The translations under genes and the position numbers were made by a program. A model generated the notes under the pieces. The model saw nothing but the letters and a program-made list of their open reading frames with translations, made no database searches and had not been told where the DNA came from. Shown piece after piece: positions 1 to 12,755 of a stretch of DNA of 64,000 nucleotides (within the stretch, counting starts at the first letter, position 1; every line of letters starts with the position of its first letter). The stretch is from Octopus sinensis (lineage: Eukaryota). Location: assembly GCF_006345805.1 (NCBI RefSeq), contig NC_043010.1, forward strand, positions 48,794,001 through 48,858,000, given 5' to 3'.

Positions 1-39
1 GTAAAGATGGTTTGTCGGTAGCTATTTGCATTATTTAAG

Positions 40-315
40 GTGGTGGTGGTCATCGTGATGGTGGTTGCGGTGATGGTGGTGGTGGTGGTTGCGGTGATGG
101 TGGTGGTGTTAGTTGCGGTGATGGTAGTTGTGGTGATGGTGGTTGCGGTGATGGTGGTTGCGGTGATGGTGGTGGTTTTGGATGCGGTGGTGGTGGTTTG
201 GGCAGTGATGGTAATGATCAGACTCTTGTGGTGGTGGTGGCGTCGGTTTCGGCGGTGGCGGTGGTGTTGGTGGTGGTGTTTGTTTTGGTGTTGGTGTTGG
301 TGGTGGTCACGGTAG
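40..315 (+). repeat. Degenerate (GGT/GAT)n trinucleotide microsatellite
   Basis: Runs of gtggtgatg/gtggttgcg; the poly-Val ORF is its translation. Confidence 0.9.
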
Positions 316-360
316 GAAGATAGTAATCGAATAGTGGAGATATATGCATATATATATATG

Positions 361-480
361 ACGGGTTTCGTTCAGTTTCCATCTTCCGAATACACTCAGA
401 GGCTTTGGTTGGCCCGAGGCTATAGAAGAAGACACTTGGCGAAGGTGCCACGCAGTGGGACTGAACTCGGAACCATGTGG
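361..480 (-). mobile_element. SINE family A, 5' half only
   Basis: Matches the 5' half of the full copies at 54509 and 57484 (ccacatggttcc..gttcagtcccactgcgtggcacc..gaagcccgtc). Confidence 0.8.
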
Positions 481-653
481 ATGGGCTATGCATATCTATC
501 TATCTATCTAATAAGAATTGTTATTGTTGTCGTCGTCGTCGTCGTAGTCATTCTTGTTAGTTAGCCCCAGGTCAGTCTATAATATGAAGCCTACTTACGA
601 TCAAGGATATCACAACATCGATTGATCATATGTCTAAGTGGGTTGGCAGTAGT

Positions 654-870
654 GGAGGCGCATGGCTTAGTGGTTAGAGCGTTGGATTCATGATAATAAG
701 ATTTTGGTTTCGATTCCTAGATCGGGCGATGCGTTGTGTTCTTCGTTTCAGGTTGCTCCAGACCACTCCGTTTGGTAAAAATGAGTAATCCTGCAATGGA
801 ACAGAGTCCCATCCAGGGCTGAGTTATATATATGCCAGAGAAACCGGAGAAAACGGCCTTATGTTCCTTA
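654..870 (+). mobile_element. tRNA-derived SINE family D
   Basis: tRNA-like head with A box (tggcttagtgg) and B box (gtttcgattcc), then gcgttgtgttctt..gttgctccag..aaaaatgagt core; homologous to 2490-2762. Confidence 0.75.
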
Positions 871-889
871 AAGGAGTAATGTGGACTAG

Positions 890-1070
890 GCGCAGGATCA
901 TTAACGTAGGTGGGTGGCGGTCCGCCCCGGGCAGCACTTTTAAAGGGGTGGGCCTTTTCATCCTGTTGTAGACTATTGCTGTAGGCAATGTGTTTTTTTG
1001 TGCGGTCTGGGGGCGGCAAACGGAAGGGCCGCCTCGGGCGGCACACACTCTACGCTAATGCGTAGGATAT
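890..1070. mobile_element. GC-rich MITE-like remnant
   Basis: Subterminal ccgccccgggc / ccgcctcgggcggc motifs around an AT-rich spacer; termini degraded. Confidence 0.35.
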
Positions 1071-1284
1071 CATCCGTGTGCCACTTTCTTCTTTAGGGCT
1101 GTGGCCCGTGATTTGGAGTTGATTTAACTGCTATATTTAGCAGATTCAGGTGACCATGTAGATAATCCAGTGGTGGTTTGGATAGCTGTTGTTGTTTGGT
1201 CCCCTTGTCAGCTCTGCCTGGTTTGGTGTATCCACGATCGAAGGGTTTTGAGCCATACCAATCCCTAAATTTTAAACACACACG

Positions 1285-1339
<55 letters not shown>

Positions 1340-1377
1340 ATACACACATGTGCGCACACATACACACATACACACAT

Positions 1378-1690
1378 TATTTTATTCTTTTACTTGTTTC
1401 AGTCATTTGTCTGAAGGATTTTAGTCGAACAAATCGACTCCAGGGTTTATTTTTTAAGCCAAGTACTTATTCTATAGGTGTCTTTTGCTATGGGGACGTA
1501 AACACACAAACAAGCGTTGATGGGCGGACAAACACAGACACATAGATATATACATATATATATGACGGGCTTCTTTCAGTTTCCATCTTCCAAATCCACT
1601 CAGAGGCTTAGGTTGGACCGAGCCTATAGTAGAAGACACTTGACGAAGGTGCCACGCAGTAGAACTGAACCCGGAACCATGTGGATGGGC
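1378..1690 (-). mobile_element. SINE family A, near full length
   Basis: 3' tail (tcagtcatt..cttgtttc reversed), internal microsatellite and 5' half present. Confidence 0.8.
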
Positions 1691-1696
1691 TATGCA

Positions 1697-1735
<39 letters not shown>

Positions 1736-1737
1736 AT

Positions 1738-1813
<76 letters not shown>

Positions 1814-2489
1814 TTGCTTACATATACGTACGTACATACCTTGGATCTAGAAACCGGTTCTTTCTCTATTAGCAAGAAATCTTGAAATAAACTGTATAAT
1901 GTCATACATACATACATACATACATACATACATACATACATACATACATACATACATACATACATACATGCATGTATGCAAGCATGGTGATTGCCCCATC
2001 TTCACAGATGCCGTCTCTTAGTGCTCACTCTATGTCAATGGCATTCCTGACTTTCCATCCATGACTACTCAAACGAATTTTCAGTCCGGTTGCAAATCTG
2101 CTTGGTTTGAAGAATACGTGACAGACGAAAGTTGTGACCGACTGCGCACTTCCAACCAGTCAGGTGTGCACTTTTTCATCACCACAGGACTTTCAGTAGT
2201 TGGAATGACAAATAAGGTCATCATAAAGAGACACCTGTACGTCATTGGACTTCAGAGATAAATACTCATACAACACAAGTACCACTCTCTGAGATTTAGT
2301 AATTAGTGTCTTGCAACGAACCGAATCGAGATGACCAATAATAACATGAAACTGCAGGTTTTACATTTGTATCCCTCTCCTAGAAGGGTGTTGTGACAAA
2401 AGATAGGATACCCTCAAAATCGGTGGTTTTCCTGCGCGCCTTAACACCAACCAAAGGTATTCCTATGTCCTCATGTTCAGATGGATTGC

Positions 2490-2762
2490 CATCACATATA
2501 AATAAAACAATAAATGTTCATTCTCGAGCCATGCCAGGCTCATAAGGGTCGGTTTCCCGGTTTCAGTGGGGTAGAAATTCCCCACTGGGACGGGACACCG
2601 GTCCGTCGCAGGATTACTCATTTTTATCAGCTGAATGAACTGGAGCAACGTGAAAATGAAGTGTTTTGCTCAAGAACACAACGCATCGCCTGGTCCAGGA
2701 ATCGAAATCACAACCTTACGATCATGAGTTCAACACCCTAACCACTAAGCGACGTGCCTCTA
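2490..2762 (-). mobile_element. tRNA-derived SINE family D
   Basis: Reverse strand reads gaggcacgtcgcttagtggttaggg..gtgatttcgattcctggacc..gttgtgttcttgagcaaaacactt..gttgctccagttcattcagctg. Confidence 0.8.
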
Positions 2763-3371
2763 CGTCATCACATATACTAGTTAGCTAATAGATGGGACCC
2801 TGACAATTGCTACTAATACGGGTCAGAGTAGACCTGGGAACAACGGTGGTTAAGAAGTGGGTCATTACTCCCCGAAACACTGGAACTCCCGAACGAGAGT
2901 CCCATCAGTGGATGCAGTTTCGTCACATCTAGGACGCATACATACATACATACATACATACATACATACATACATACATACATACATACATACATACATA
3001 CATACATACATACATACATACATACACATACATACATACATAATACATCAGTATGTATTATGTATGTATGTATATATGTGGCTGTCGTTACGAGTATGCC
3101 ATTGCACGAAGTTAACTGTTAGCTGGGCTATGATCGTGTGGACTTTTAGCCAGCCAAAGATCTACAATGTATTGTACAGAATTGGCAACTAAAACCTTTA
3201 CCGGTAAACAAACGTTGCTTTTTATAAGGATGTAGATAGTATAAGATACACAACACACACACATATATAGGTGTGTGTATATATGTATATGTATATATAT
3301 ATATGTATGTAGATATATATATATAGTTGTGTGTATATATATATATGTATATGTATATATATATGTATGTA

Positions 3372-3432
<61 letters not shown>

Positions 3433-3953
3433 TATACATATACATATACATATATACACACGCCTGTGTGTGTGTGTGAGAGTGCGTGTGTGTGTGTGTG
3501 TGTGCGTGCGTGTGTGTGTGTGTGTGTGTGTGTTGTGTATCTTATACTATCTACATCCTTATAAAAAGCAAGGTTTGTTTGTACGTTGACCGCTGAAAAA
3601 CACTAAGTAAAATTGATAATATTTCAGGATTTTCGTGTCAGTTAAATTAATTTGACCATTCCGCAGATAACTGTGCACTTATTTTCGGAAAAGGAAATGG
3701 CTGTTGGTGGTGTATTGGCTCCTATTTCTAGCATACATATGTAAACACTTACTTGTGAACAATGTTTTAAAAAAACATATAACAAATGTACAAACAAACG
3801 GTAAACAGACACAGAAGGTCACTAAATTGTCATGAGTTATCGATCAAGACGCGAAATTGCGTTTGACCCTTTGGTTGATAACTGATGAGTATTTGGCGAC
3901 CTTCTGTGTCTACTTCTCGTTTGTCTGTGCATTTATTATGTTTTTTAACTCAT

Positions 3954-4034
<81 letters not shown>

Positions 4035-4129
4035 GTGTGGAAAACGTAAAGGAATAAGGGTTTAAAACCCGGGCAGGTACCTTATCAACATTGATACAAT
4101 TCAGATACGGCTAACCACATCAAACGATA

Positions 4130-4186
4130 GGGACCGGTTGTCAAGCGATGTTGGTGGGGAGGACAAACACAGACACACAAACATAT

Positions 4187-4219
<33 letters not shown>

Positions 4220-4220
4220 A

Positions 4221-4251
<31 letters not shown>

Positions 4252-4253
4252 CC

Positions 4254-4285
<32 letters not shown>

Positions 4286-4440
4286 TACGACGGGCTTCTT
4301 TCAGTTTCCGTCTACCAAATCCACTCAGAAGCCCGAGGCTATAGTAGAAGACACTTGCCCAAGGTGCCACGCAGTGGGGCTGAACCCGGAACCATGCGGT
4401 TCGTAAGTAAGCTACTTAACACACACCACCACTCCTACGC
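4130..4440 (-). mobile_element. SINE family A with expanded internal (CA)/(TA) tract
   Basis: Both halves match family A and flank the microsatellite at about 4170-4285. Confidence 0.8.
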
Positions 4441-4497
4441 CTGTATATATATATAAACATATATAAACACACACACACACACACACAACACACACAC

Positions 4498-4535
<38 letters not shown>

Positions 4536-4813
4536 ATATATATATATGCATATATATTATGTACATACGTAATTATTACATACGTAGATGCGTGTGCTTT
4601 TGTACTCTTGTGTGTATGTGTGTGTGTTCGCAATGATGGGTGTATCGGTTTTGCGTGTGTGTGCGTGGGTGTAAGCGTATGGGATGATACATGTGTATGT
4701 GTTTCTGAATTCGCGTGGGTGGATGCAGATTTTAAGTAGACACGCAATCAAAAAACAAATATAAAAGAAAACAAAACAAAAAAAAGCAAAAAAGGAAACA
4801 AGAACGCACACGC

Positions 4814-4913
4814 NNNNNNNNNNNNNNNNNNNNNNNNNNNNNNNNNNNNNNNNNNNNNNNNNNNNNNNNNNNNNNNNNNNNNNNNNNNNNNNNNNNNNNN
4901 NNNNNNNNNNNNN
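4814..4913. other. Assembly gap (100 N)
   Basis: Run of exactly 100 n. Confidence 1.
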
Positions 4914-5004
4914 ACATATATACATAAATATATATATTGATGCACTCACACACATAAACATATATGTATATGTTTGTGTGTATACACATACATATGTATA
5001 TATG

Positions 5005-5236
5005 AAGGCGGCTAGCTGGCAGAAACGTTAGCACGCCGGGCGAAATGCGTAGCCGTATTTCGCGTGCCGTTACATTATGAGTTCAAATTCCGCCGAGGTA
5101 GACTTTGCCTTTCATCCTTTCGGGGTCGATAAATAAAGTACCAGTTACGCACTGGGGCCGATTTAATCGACTTCATCCGTTTGTCTGTCTTTGTTTGTCC
5201 CCTCTGTGTTTAGCCCCTTGTGGGTAGTAAAGAAAT
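5005..5236 (+). mobile_element. SINE family B (young Nin/Deu-core), monomer
   Basis: ctggcagaaacgttagc (A box), gagttcaaattcc (B box), gcctttcatcctttcggggtcgataaataaagtaccag core, tail ending aaagaaata. Confidence 0.9.
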
Positions 5237-5334
5237 ATATATGTATACAGATATACATGTATGTATATTATATATTGTATATGCAAATATATGTATGTAT
5301 ATATATATATCTATGTATATATATACACACACAC

Positions 5335-5369
<35 letters not shown>

Positions 5370-5610
5370 GATATATATAATATAATATATACACGTAAAT
5401 ACACATATATAAATAAATATATGTGGGGTGTGCGCGCGCGTGTGTGTTGTGTGTACATAAGTCTTGGGATCGATTTCTTCGACTAAATCCCTTGAAGGCG
5501 GTGCCCCATTATGATCACCGTCAAATGACTGAAACAAGTAAAAGAATAAAAGAACACACTCACACACACATAGAAACACACACACTTACACACACACACA
5601 CACATACACA

Positions 5611-5641
<31 letters not shown>

Positions 5642-5785
5642 TGACCAACAACCTACTGTCAGTTTCCTTCTCCCGAATCAAATAACATGTCTTTTTTTAT
5701 CTTATCTGCCCGGAGTTTTGTAGAAGATGCTTAGCCAAGGGAACTGAATCCAGGACTGTGCAGTTTGGGAGCAAGCGTCTTACCT

Positions 5786-5841
<56 letters not shown>

Positions 5842-6085
5842 TATATATAGTGGTGTGTGTTATGTGTGTGTATATATATACACACACACATATATATAAC
5901 GTATGTATTATGTATATATGCATGTATGTATGTATGCATGCATGCATGCATGTATGATGTATGTATGTATGTATGTATGTATGTATGTATGTATGTATGT
6001 ATGTATGCATGTGTGTATAATGTGCATTGCAGACGTTCTTGGACTTTTTCTGAAGAGGTATTCAGCAATTTCTCAAGCTGAAACA

Positions 6086-7099
6086 AAATTTCAATGACAT
6101 TTTTTAAGATGAAGAAAGCTATGGCATGGGTCATGGACACCGTTGCTTTGGAGAAATTCCGTGGAGTTTTCACGAAGTTAGAGAATCCTATTTCGAAGGA
6201 GATCAAAGATTTTTACGTCTCTGAAATTACTGGAATTTCAGAGGTGTAAAATCTTTGATCTCCTTCTAAGTAGAATCTTCTTACTGCAATTCATTTGTAT
6301 TCCTCCAGGCACTTCATGAAGACCCCACGGAATTCCCCCAAAGCGACGGTGTCCAAAACTTGTCACACATTCCATCTTAAAAAAATGCTCTGGAAGCGTT
6401 CCTTCAGCTAGGGAAACCAATAAAAATGGTAGGGACCAGTGTCAGGACTGTAAGAGGAGTGATGGACAATTTTGATGCCCAGCTCTGTCAAGTTGTTTTC
6501 ACCAGAATGCTCGTCTTGGAACACCATGGGAAGAAACTTTGCATAAATTTTGCGCATATTCAGATCTTCATGAATAAATCTGTGTGCAGTTGTCACACCA
6601 ACTCCAAACGGTATCTTATTGTCTTTATAGATAAATGACGGTCTTCGCTCAGAAGAATGCGAATTTTCTCAACCAGTTCTGATGTTCTAACGTCCCTCTC
6701 TTTCCAATACCTCTCATCGTCTCTGACATCCTCTCTACCGTTCTTGAACCTCTTGCGCTAGCTAAAAAGTTAATCCGTAAGCTGTTTGAGGCATTTCATA
6801 AGTTTCAGAGACGACGGGAGATATGGGAAGGAGGAGGCATGTCAGAACATCAGAACTGGTTGAAAAAATTTTTCATTCTTCTCGATGATGACCATCATGT
6901 GTCTATAAAGGCAACAAGCATTACGTTTGGAGTTTGTGTAACAACTGCACACAGAATTCTGCATAAAGGTCTGAATATGCAGAAAATTTGTGCAAAGTGT
7001 GTTTCCAGAGTGTTCAGTGACGAGCATGCTGGTAAAAAAGAAGACACTACTTGACAGAGAAGGGCTTCAAAACTGTCCACCACTCTTCTAACAGTCCAG
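6086..7099. mobile_element. Mariner transposase remnants in alternating orientation
   Basis: Translations include TTAHR.IH.DLNMRKI.AKF, HHSSYSPD (HPPYSPDL-like) and LDTVALGEFRGVFMKCLEEYK*IAVRRFYLEGD (C-terminal YFEG-like). Confidence 0.75.
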
Positions 7100-7480
7100 G
7101 GAGGCGCAATGGCCCAGTGGTTAGGGCAGCGGACTCGCGGTCGTAGGATCGCGGTTTCGATTCCCAGACCGGGCGTTGTGAGTGTTTATTGAGCGAAAAC
7201 ACCTAAAGCTCCACGAGGCTCCGGCAGGGGATGGTGGTGATCCCTGCTGTACTCTTTCACTACAACTTTCTCTCACTCTTACTTCCTGTTTCTGTTGTAC
7301 CTGTATTTCAAAGGGCCGGCCTTGTCACTCTCTGTGTCACGCTGAATATCCCCGAGAACTACGGTAAGGGTACACGTGTCTGTGGAGTGCTCAGCCACTT
7401 ACACGTTAATTTCACGAGCAGGCTGTTCAGTTGATCGGATCAACCGGAACCCTCGTCGTCGTAACCGATGGAGTGCTTCC
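7100..7480 (+). mobile_element. SINE family C (tRNA-Arg-like head; probably the octopus OR type), full length
   Basis: tRNA-like head ggaggcgcaatggcccagtggttaggg..gtttcgattccc; 12-bp TSD ctaacagtccag at 7088-7099 and 7481-7492; nearly identical to 41821-42206. Confidence 0.92.
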
Positions 7481-7742
7481 CTAACAGTCCAGACAGCTTA
7501 AACAGAAAACTTAATTGCATAGTGAGTTTCCAAATTGTCTTCACATCTCGAATGCATTCTGCAGACTAGTTAACTGTATAAGCAGTGTTAAAAGTGCTGT
7601 CACAGCCGTCTCTTTCGATCTGGAATAGCAAAAGTCGGCAGGTCAGGTTATTAGATGTTTAATAATGATACCCTAAAATTACAATATTTTAAAAGTTATA
7701 ACTGCTTCTCTTTATTAAGTCTTAAGCATTCTGGAATACACG

Positions 7743-7819
<77 letters not shown>

Positions 7820-7823
7820 TATA

Positions 7824-7860
<37 letters not shown>

Positions 7861-8099
7861 TTATACATATATATATATAATATAATATGTATATATGTGT
7901 GTGTGGTGTGTGTGTGTGTTATACATACATACATAATACGTACATACATACGTACATACGTACATACATACATACATACATACATACATACATACATACA
8001 TACATAGAATGATAGAAAGAGTGAGAATGAGGCGATGAGAGTTAGATACACATGTCTATATATTTTATTCACTCTCGTTTAAATTGACCATAGTTTTAG

Positions 8100-9060
8100 A
8101 GTAACTCTTTTCCTATCCAACATTGTCTCCAACACAAACTACACAATTTGACCATCGTTGAAGCCACTGTTGAATTCGTTTTAAAAATTCTAGGTGAGCA
8201 CTCTTTTCCCCATTACTTCACAGTACCTTCACCTTATCTGTGACATTTTGTGCTAAACAATTGGACTGAACAATTGGAAATCATGAAGAGTACATCTATG
8301 CTCTACGGTTGATGGGGGACCACTGATCAGCCTAATTTCCCGATTGCTTGATTTGATCTCATATTATCATAGTGAATATTAATCGTTTTTGACTCATGTA
8401 CAATTTCTCCTTCTCAATGACTTCTCTAAGCTTTTTGAATATCTCAATATTCTGCTTTTGTTCACGACACATCCACGTTCCAGAAAATAAAAGAGAATGA
8501 TTCCTTGGTCATCTCAAAGAACACTCACCACCACTTTTTGAACCGATCGTTGTCTCATGAATTTCTCAGTCCTAGGAGAAGCGGTGTAACACCACTCCGT
8601 AGAGAGTCTTTGTTTCTGGATCTTAAAAGCTACATACCTACATTTCTTCCATTGTCACCAGATAAGAAAGGCGTCCAGATCAAAACAGATTTCTTCTCTT
8701 CTCTCCTTTAATTCGAGCGTCAAATAGCGAGGTAGTTACATTTTCTGATCCCCAAAATCTTCCATTATTTTCTGTAAAGCATTGTGATCACAGTCTAGTT
8801 GTGCAGCAAGCTCACCGATTATGATTCATCTGTCCGTACAAATCAATCCGTTCATTCGCTGGCTATTCTTATCAGTAGTCACAGTTTATGGTCTCCCACT
8901 GAGTGGTTTATATTCGATTGTGGTTTCCCTTTCTTTAACCTTCGTCTTTCTGTTCACATTGCTCTTTTTAATGGTGTCATCTCCATAAACAACTTGTAGT
9001 GAATGTTGGATAGTCTGGATCCCCAATTTCAGTATATACTCAACGACAGCTTCTTATTGG
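8100..9060 (-). mobile_element. Highly decayed CR1/L2-type LINE ORF2 remnant
   Basis: Minus-strand fragments resemble the endonuclease end (GDHKL) and RT start (SGP, TVAS..LCS..C); many stops and frameshifts. Confidence 0.35.
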
Positions 9061-9226
9061 AACTCATTGTTTGTTTGCAATGAAGAACAGAAAGAAATGA
9101 TGCAACAGAGTAAGAGTTACTCTTTAACATGTGCAAATAAAGCGACCTTTACCAGTTAAAAAAAAGTTATCTCACTTGTTTTCAGTGCACAGAAACTGTA
9201 CGGTAGCCTGGCGTATGTGTGTCTAT

Positions 9227-9299
<73 letters not shown>

Positions 9300-9449
9300 G
9301 TTAAGGACAAAAATTTGTAATAATGACAATAAAGGAAATAGAAAGAATGCAAATTTCGTATATACTATGAAATACATTTATGCTATCGTAAATGGACTGG
9401 CCTGATGTTCCGACGTCCTTCTCCTTCCCACACCTCTCATCATCCCTCA

Positions 9450-11190
9450 TCTCTCCTCAATAAAAGAAATGTAAACCAGGCCATCCCCAAATAAATTAAG
9501 ACAGACACGAAACGCCAATATTCCCAGGTTAAGCGAAATAATATATGCTGTAGCTATGCTAATTACAAAGAAGCGTGAACGCTGCCTCAGATCTACTTTG
9601 AAACTCAGACGAATGACATGGAAAACAATTATACCGAAAAGTAATGAAAATAAAAGATAAAAGCCTTCAGTACTTACCAAATGAAATCAACATCCAAAAG
9701 ATACAACTGAAAAGATAAGGAGAAATGTATAGGAATATAGTGTTAGCGAAAAGAGTGTGTAAAACTGACGTGGATTTAAAAAAAGAGAAACTTGCTAAAT
9801 CGTGGTAAAAAAAAAAAACAGTATGAAAAGCGACGATTATCTAACAAAATGAGTATTCTTATTTCTTTACTGCCCCCAAGGGGCTACACACAGAGGGGAC
9901 AAACAAGGACAGACAAACGGATTAACTCGATTATATCGACCCCAGTGCGTAACTGGTACTTATTTAATCGACCCCGAAAGAATGAAAGTTAAAGTCGATC
10001 TCGGCGGAATTTGAACTCAGAACGTGACAGCAGACGAAATACCTATTTCTTTACTACCCACAAGGGGCTAAACACAGAGGGGACAAACAAGGACAGACAT
10101 AGGTATTAAGTCGATCACATCGACCCCAGTGCGAAAGAATGAAAGGTAAAGTCGATCTCGGCGGAATTTGAACTCAGAACGTGACAGCAGACGAAATACC
10201 TATTTCTTTATTACCCACAAGGGGCTAAACACAGAGGGGACAAACAAGGACAGACATAGGTATTAAGTCGATCACATCGACCCCAGTGCGAAAGAATGAA
10301 AGGTAAAGTCGATCTCGGCGGAATTTGAACTCAGAACGTGACAGCAGACGAAATACCTATTTCTTTATTACCCACAAGGGGCTAAACACAGAGGGGACAA
10401 ACAAGGACAGACATAGGTATTAAGTCGATCACATCGACCCCAGTGCGAAAGAATGAAAGGTAAAGTCGATCTCGGCGGAATTTGAACTCAGAACGTAACA
10501 GCAGACGAAATACCGCTAAGCATTTCGCCCAGCGTGCTAACGATTCTGCCAGCTCGCCGATGCCACGGAGGATAAATAGAGGCAATGCAAGAAAAGCTCA
10601 TGTGGTAGTGAACATGGTAGCAAAGATCAGTTGCTGTTCAACTAAGCTATAACCGAAGAATGGTTTAAACTTAGAGTGGATAGACTACCTGAAAGTGTTT
10701 TGTATCCTGCAAACATTAGAATAAATGAACAATAACAAGCAGATATCTTAAACATGTAACGAATAAATGGCAAACAATTTTGTAGCAGACGAGGACAAGA
10801 GGAAGGAATTATAAAATTTCACTTCACCTCTACTCCAGGGAGACGCCTTCTCTCTTGGCGATTGTTCAGTCATAGAAAGTTTCTTTCCTACGAATGCAGG
10901 GATGTAGGGTCTTAAGCAAGTAGAAAATTATTAAAGAATAATCACTTTTGATGTAGAAAACATACCTGAAGTACTGTGAAAAACTAACAAAAATAACTAC
11001 CGAATAGGGACAAAACAAAAATTGTTTTCTGTGTTCAAGGAAGCCAATAAGTACAAAACAAATGCTGAAGAGACATACGGTTATGAAGGGAAGAGGAAGC
11101 AACAGATATTGTGAAAAAGCTAGAAACGAGTCTACATGTTTTGCTGAAATGACGCCATTTATATAACCAATACGAGAAAAACTGAACGGG
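9450..11190 (+). mobile_element. Dong/R4-clade LINE RT remnant, interrupted by a SINE-B array
   Basis: Fragments IIYAVAMLIT, GSKDQLLFN*AI, WIDYLKVF, LLQGDAFS and INH resemble the R4/Dong motifs GTKDQLLINKAI, WIDYKKAFD, IFQGDSLSP. Confidence 0.6.
9858..10560 (-). repeat. Head-to-tail array of SINE family B (one ~183-bp unit plus three 157-bp units)
   Basis: gacgaaatacc recurs at 10033, 10190, 10347 and 10504 (period 157); the three units share a ~27-bp internal deletion. Confidence 0.92.
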
Positions 11191-11200
11191 AACAGAAATA

Positions 11201-12087
11201 CGAGAGAGTAGCCAAAGGTAACCGGAAACATTCGCTGTGAGACAAACCAGTTGTAGTACAGGCTTCTGCCGCTAGAATCCACTTATGCGGCATCAGTTTA
11301 CCGACTGGCAACGTTCGGTAAAGTCGTACTGCCACACGGTGCATCTTTGTATTGCAGTGCTTCTCCCCTGTGCCTCTATTTTTGCGATAGCTAAAACGAA
11401 GGAACAGCGAGCTTCCGTGAAAGTCTGTTTTCTGCAGGGGAAAATGGCGGCCGAAACAGTTATCATGCTTCAAACAGCTTACAAGGACGCAGCATGAGCA
11501 AAACGCAAGTTAACGAGTGGTCTCCATGTTTTAGAAATGGTCACTTGTCGCTTGAAGACCATCCTCGACCAGGACGACCGTCGACCTTCCGAACGAATGA
11601 AAACATCATGAAAATTCATGAAGTGACCCGTCACTGAGCAATTGACGAATTTGTTGATATGATTGGTGTGTCCTGGAGCTCCTGCCAATGATTTTTGAGC
11701 GAGGAATTGTGAATGAAAAGAGTTTGCAGCAAAATTTGTGTCTCGTTTGCTCACGGATGAACAAAAGCAGTCACGAGTGAATGCGCGTTGTGAACTGAAA
11801 GAACAGTGGGAAGTTGATCCGGATCTTTTTTCGAAGGGCATCACTGGTAATGAAAGCTGGTACTACGAAATGTGCAGATGTGGAAGAGGTGAAGAAAAAA
11901 ACGATGAAGGCGTTAAAAGGCATCACTCCGTCAGAGTTCCAGCACTGTTTCGAATAATGGAAAACGCGTCTAGACTGATGCATTGCTTGAAATGGAGAAT
12001 ACTTTGAAGGCGATAAAAGTGTAAACATGTAAAACTAAGTGAATAAAATAATACTGCAAAACTCCGGTTTCTTTTGGGAACCCCTCG
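11201..12087 (+). mobile_element. Internally deleted, non-autonomous mariner
   Basis: Imperfect TIRs cgagagagtagccaaaggtaaccgg / ccggtttcttttgggaacccctcg with TA on both sides; transposase fragments KEQRASVKVCF, RPGRPS, SRLLTDEQK, ITGNESW (GDETW-like), NGEYFEGD; the catalytic middle is missing. Confidence 0.88.
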
Positions 12088-12434
12088 TAAAACAAAAAAC
12101 AATTGCAACATTGGCTGAGAAAAACAGCGCTCAAAATCCAAGGCTGAAAAGTTTTTCGTTGTAGCACAAGAGAAAAATTTTCCTTCTAGAAACTACCTAA
12201 GTATGCGATGAAACAGAATACGTGAATATGTGAAGGTTGGGAAATAGCAAATATCCACATTATCACTTGTTGCCAAGTCTTAGTCAAGAGAGGATACATC
12301 TCAGGCCTGTTGGAGTTGGTAGTTTTATACACCGAAAATTATGTCAGCGAAAAGAAACACTTGCGTTAAAATTTGGAAGAAACATATACAGTAGAACAGG
12401 TTTCATAGAATCACAAAGCAATCATACTTTAGGA

Positions 12435-12755
12435 CGGTGGTTCTCAGCCATTTTTTACTATTTTATTCGGGTGGACACCCATAATCATTCGCTGTTTAAA
12501 AACTGGTTTTATACATACTTCTTTCAAAATTCCTATTTTGTTCATCACACGCTCACTTGAGTAGTTTAAACTACATAAAATGTTAGACAATGAGACTGAG
12601 CTGCTTCTTGCAATAAATACATCTGAAGTAAAACGTTTTTCATGGATTCTTAAAATACTACCATGGATCCCCAATTTAATATTTTGCTGGCATGGACCCC
12701 ACAAATTTTTATATGGACCCTCAGGGGTTGTATGGATTCCGGTTGAGAACCACTG
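12435..12755. mobile_element. hAT-type MITE
   Basis: TIRs cggtggttctcagcc / ggttgagaaccactg; 8-bp TSD ctttagga/ctttagaa; same family as 57350-58094. Confidence 0.85.

Noticed and set aside
1981-2270. Possible coding fragment (MTTQTNFQSGCKSAWFEEY..)
   Set aside because: No motif recognised in any of six frames; probably a decayed TE but cannot be supported
7100-7175. tRNA gene (also 654, 2690-2762, 20975-21049, 42130-42206)
   Set aside because: Only tRNA-like SINE heads: no proper acceptor stem, and each continues into a SINE body, with TSDs where checked
10033-10504. CRISPR-like array (also 35432-35830, 49623-50505)
   Set aside because: Eukaryotic context; units are SINE bodies or microsatellite-spaced, with no unique spacers or cas genes
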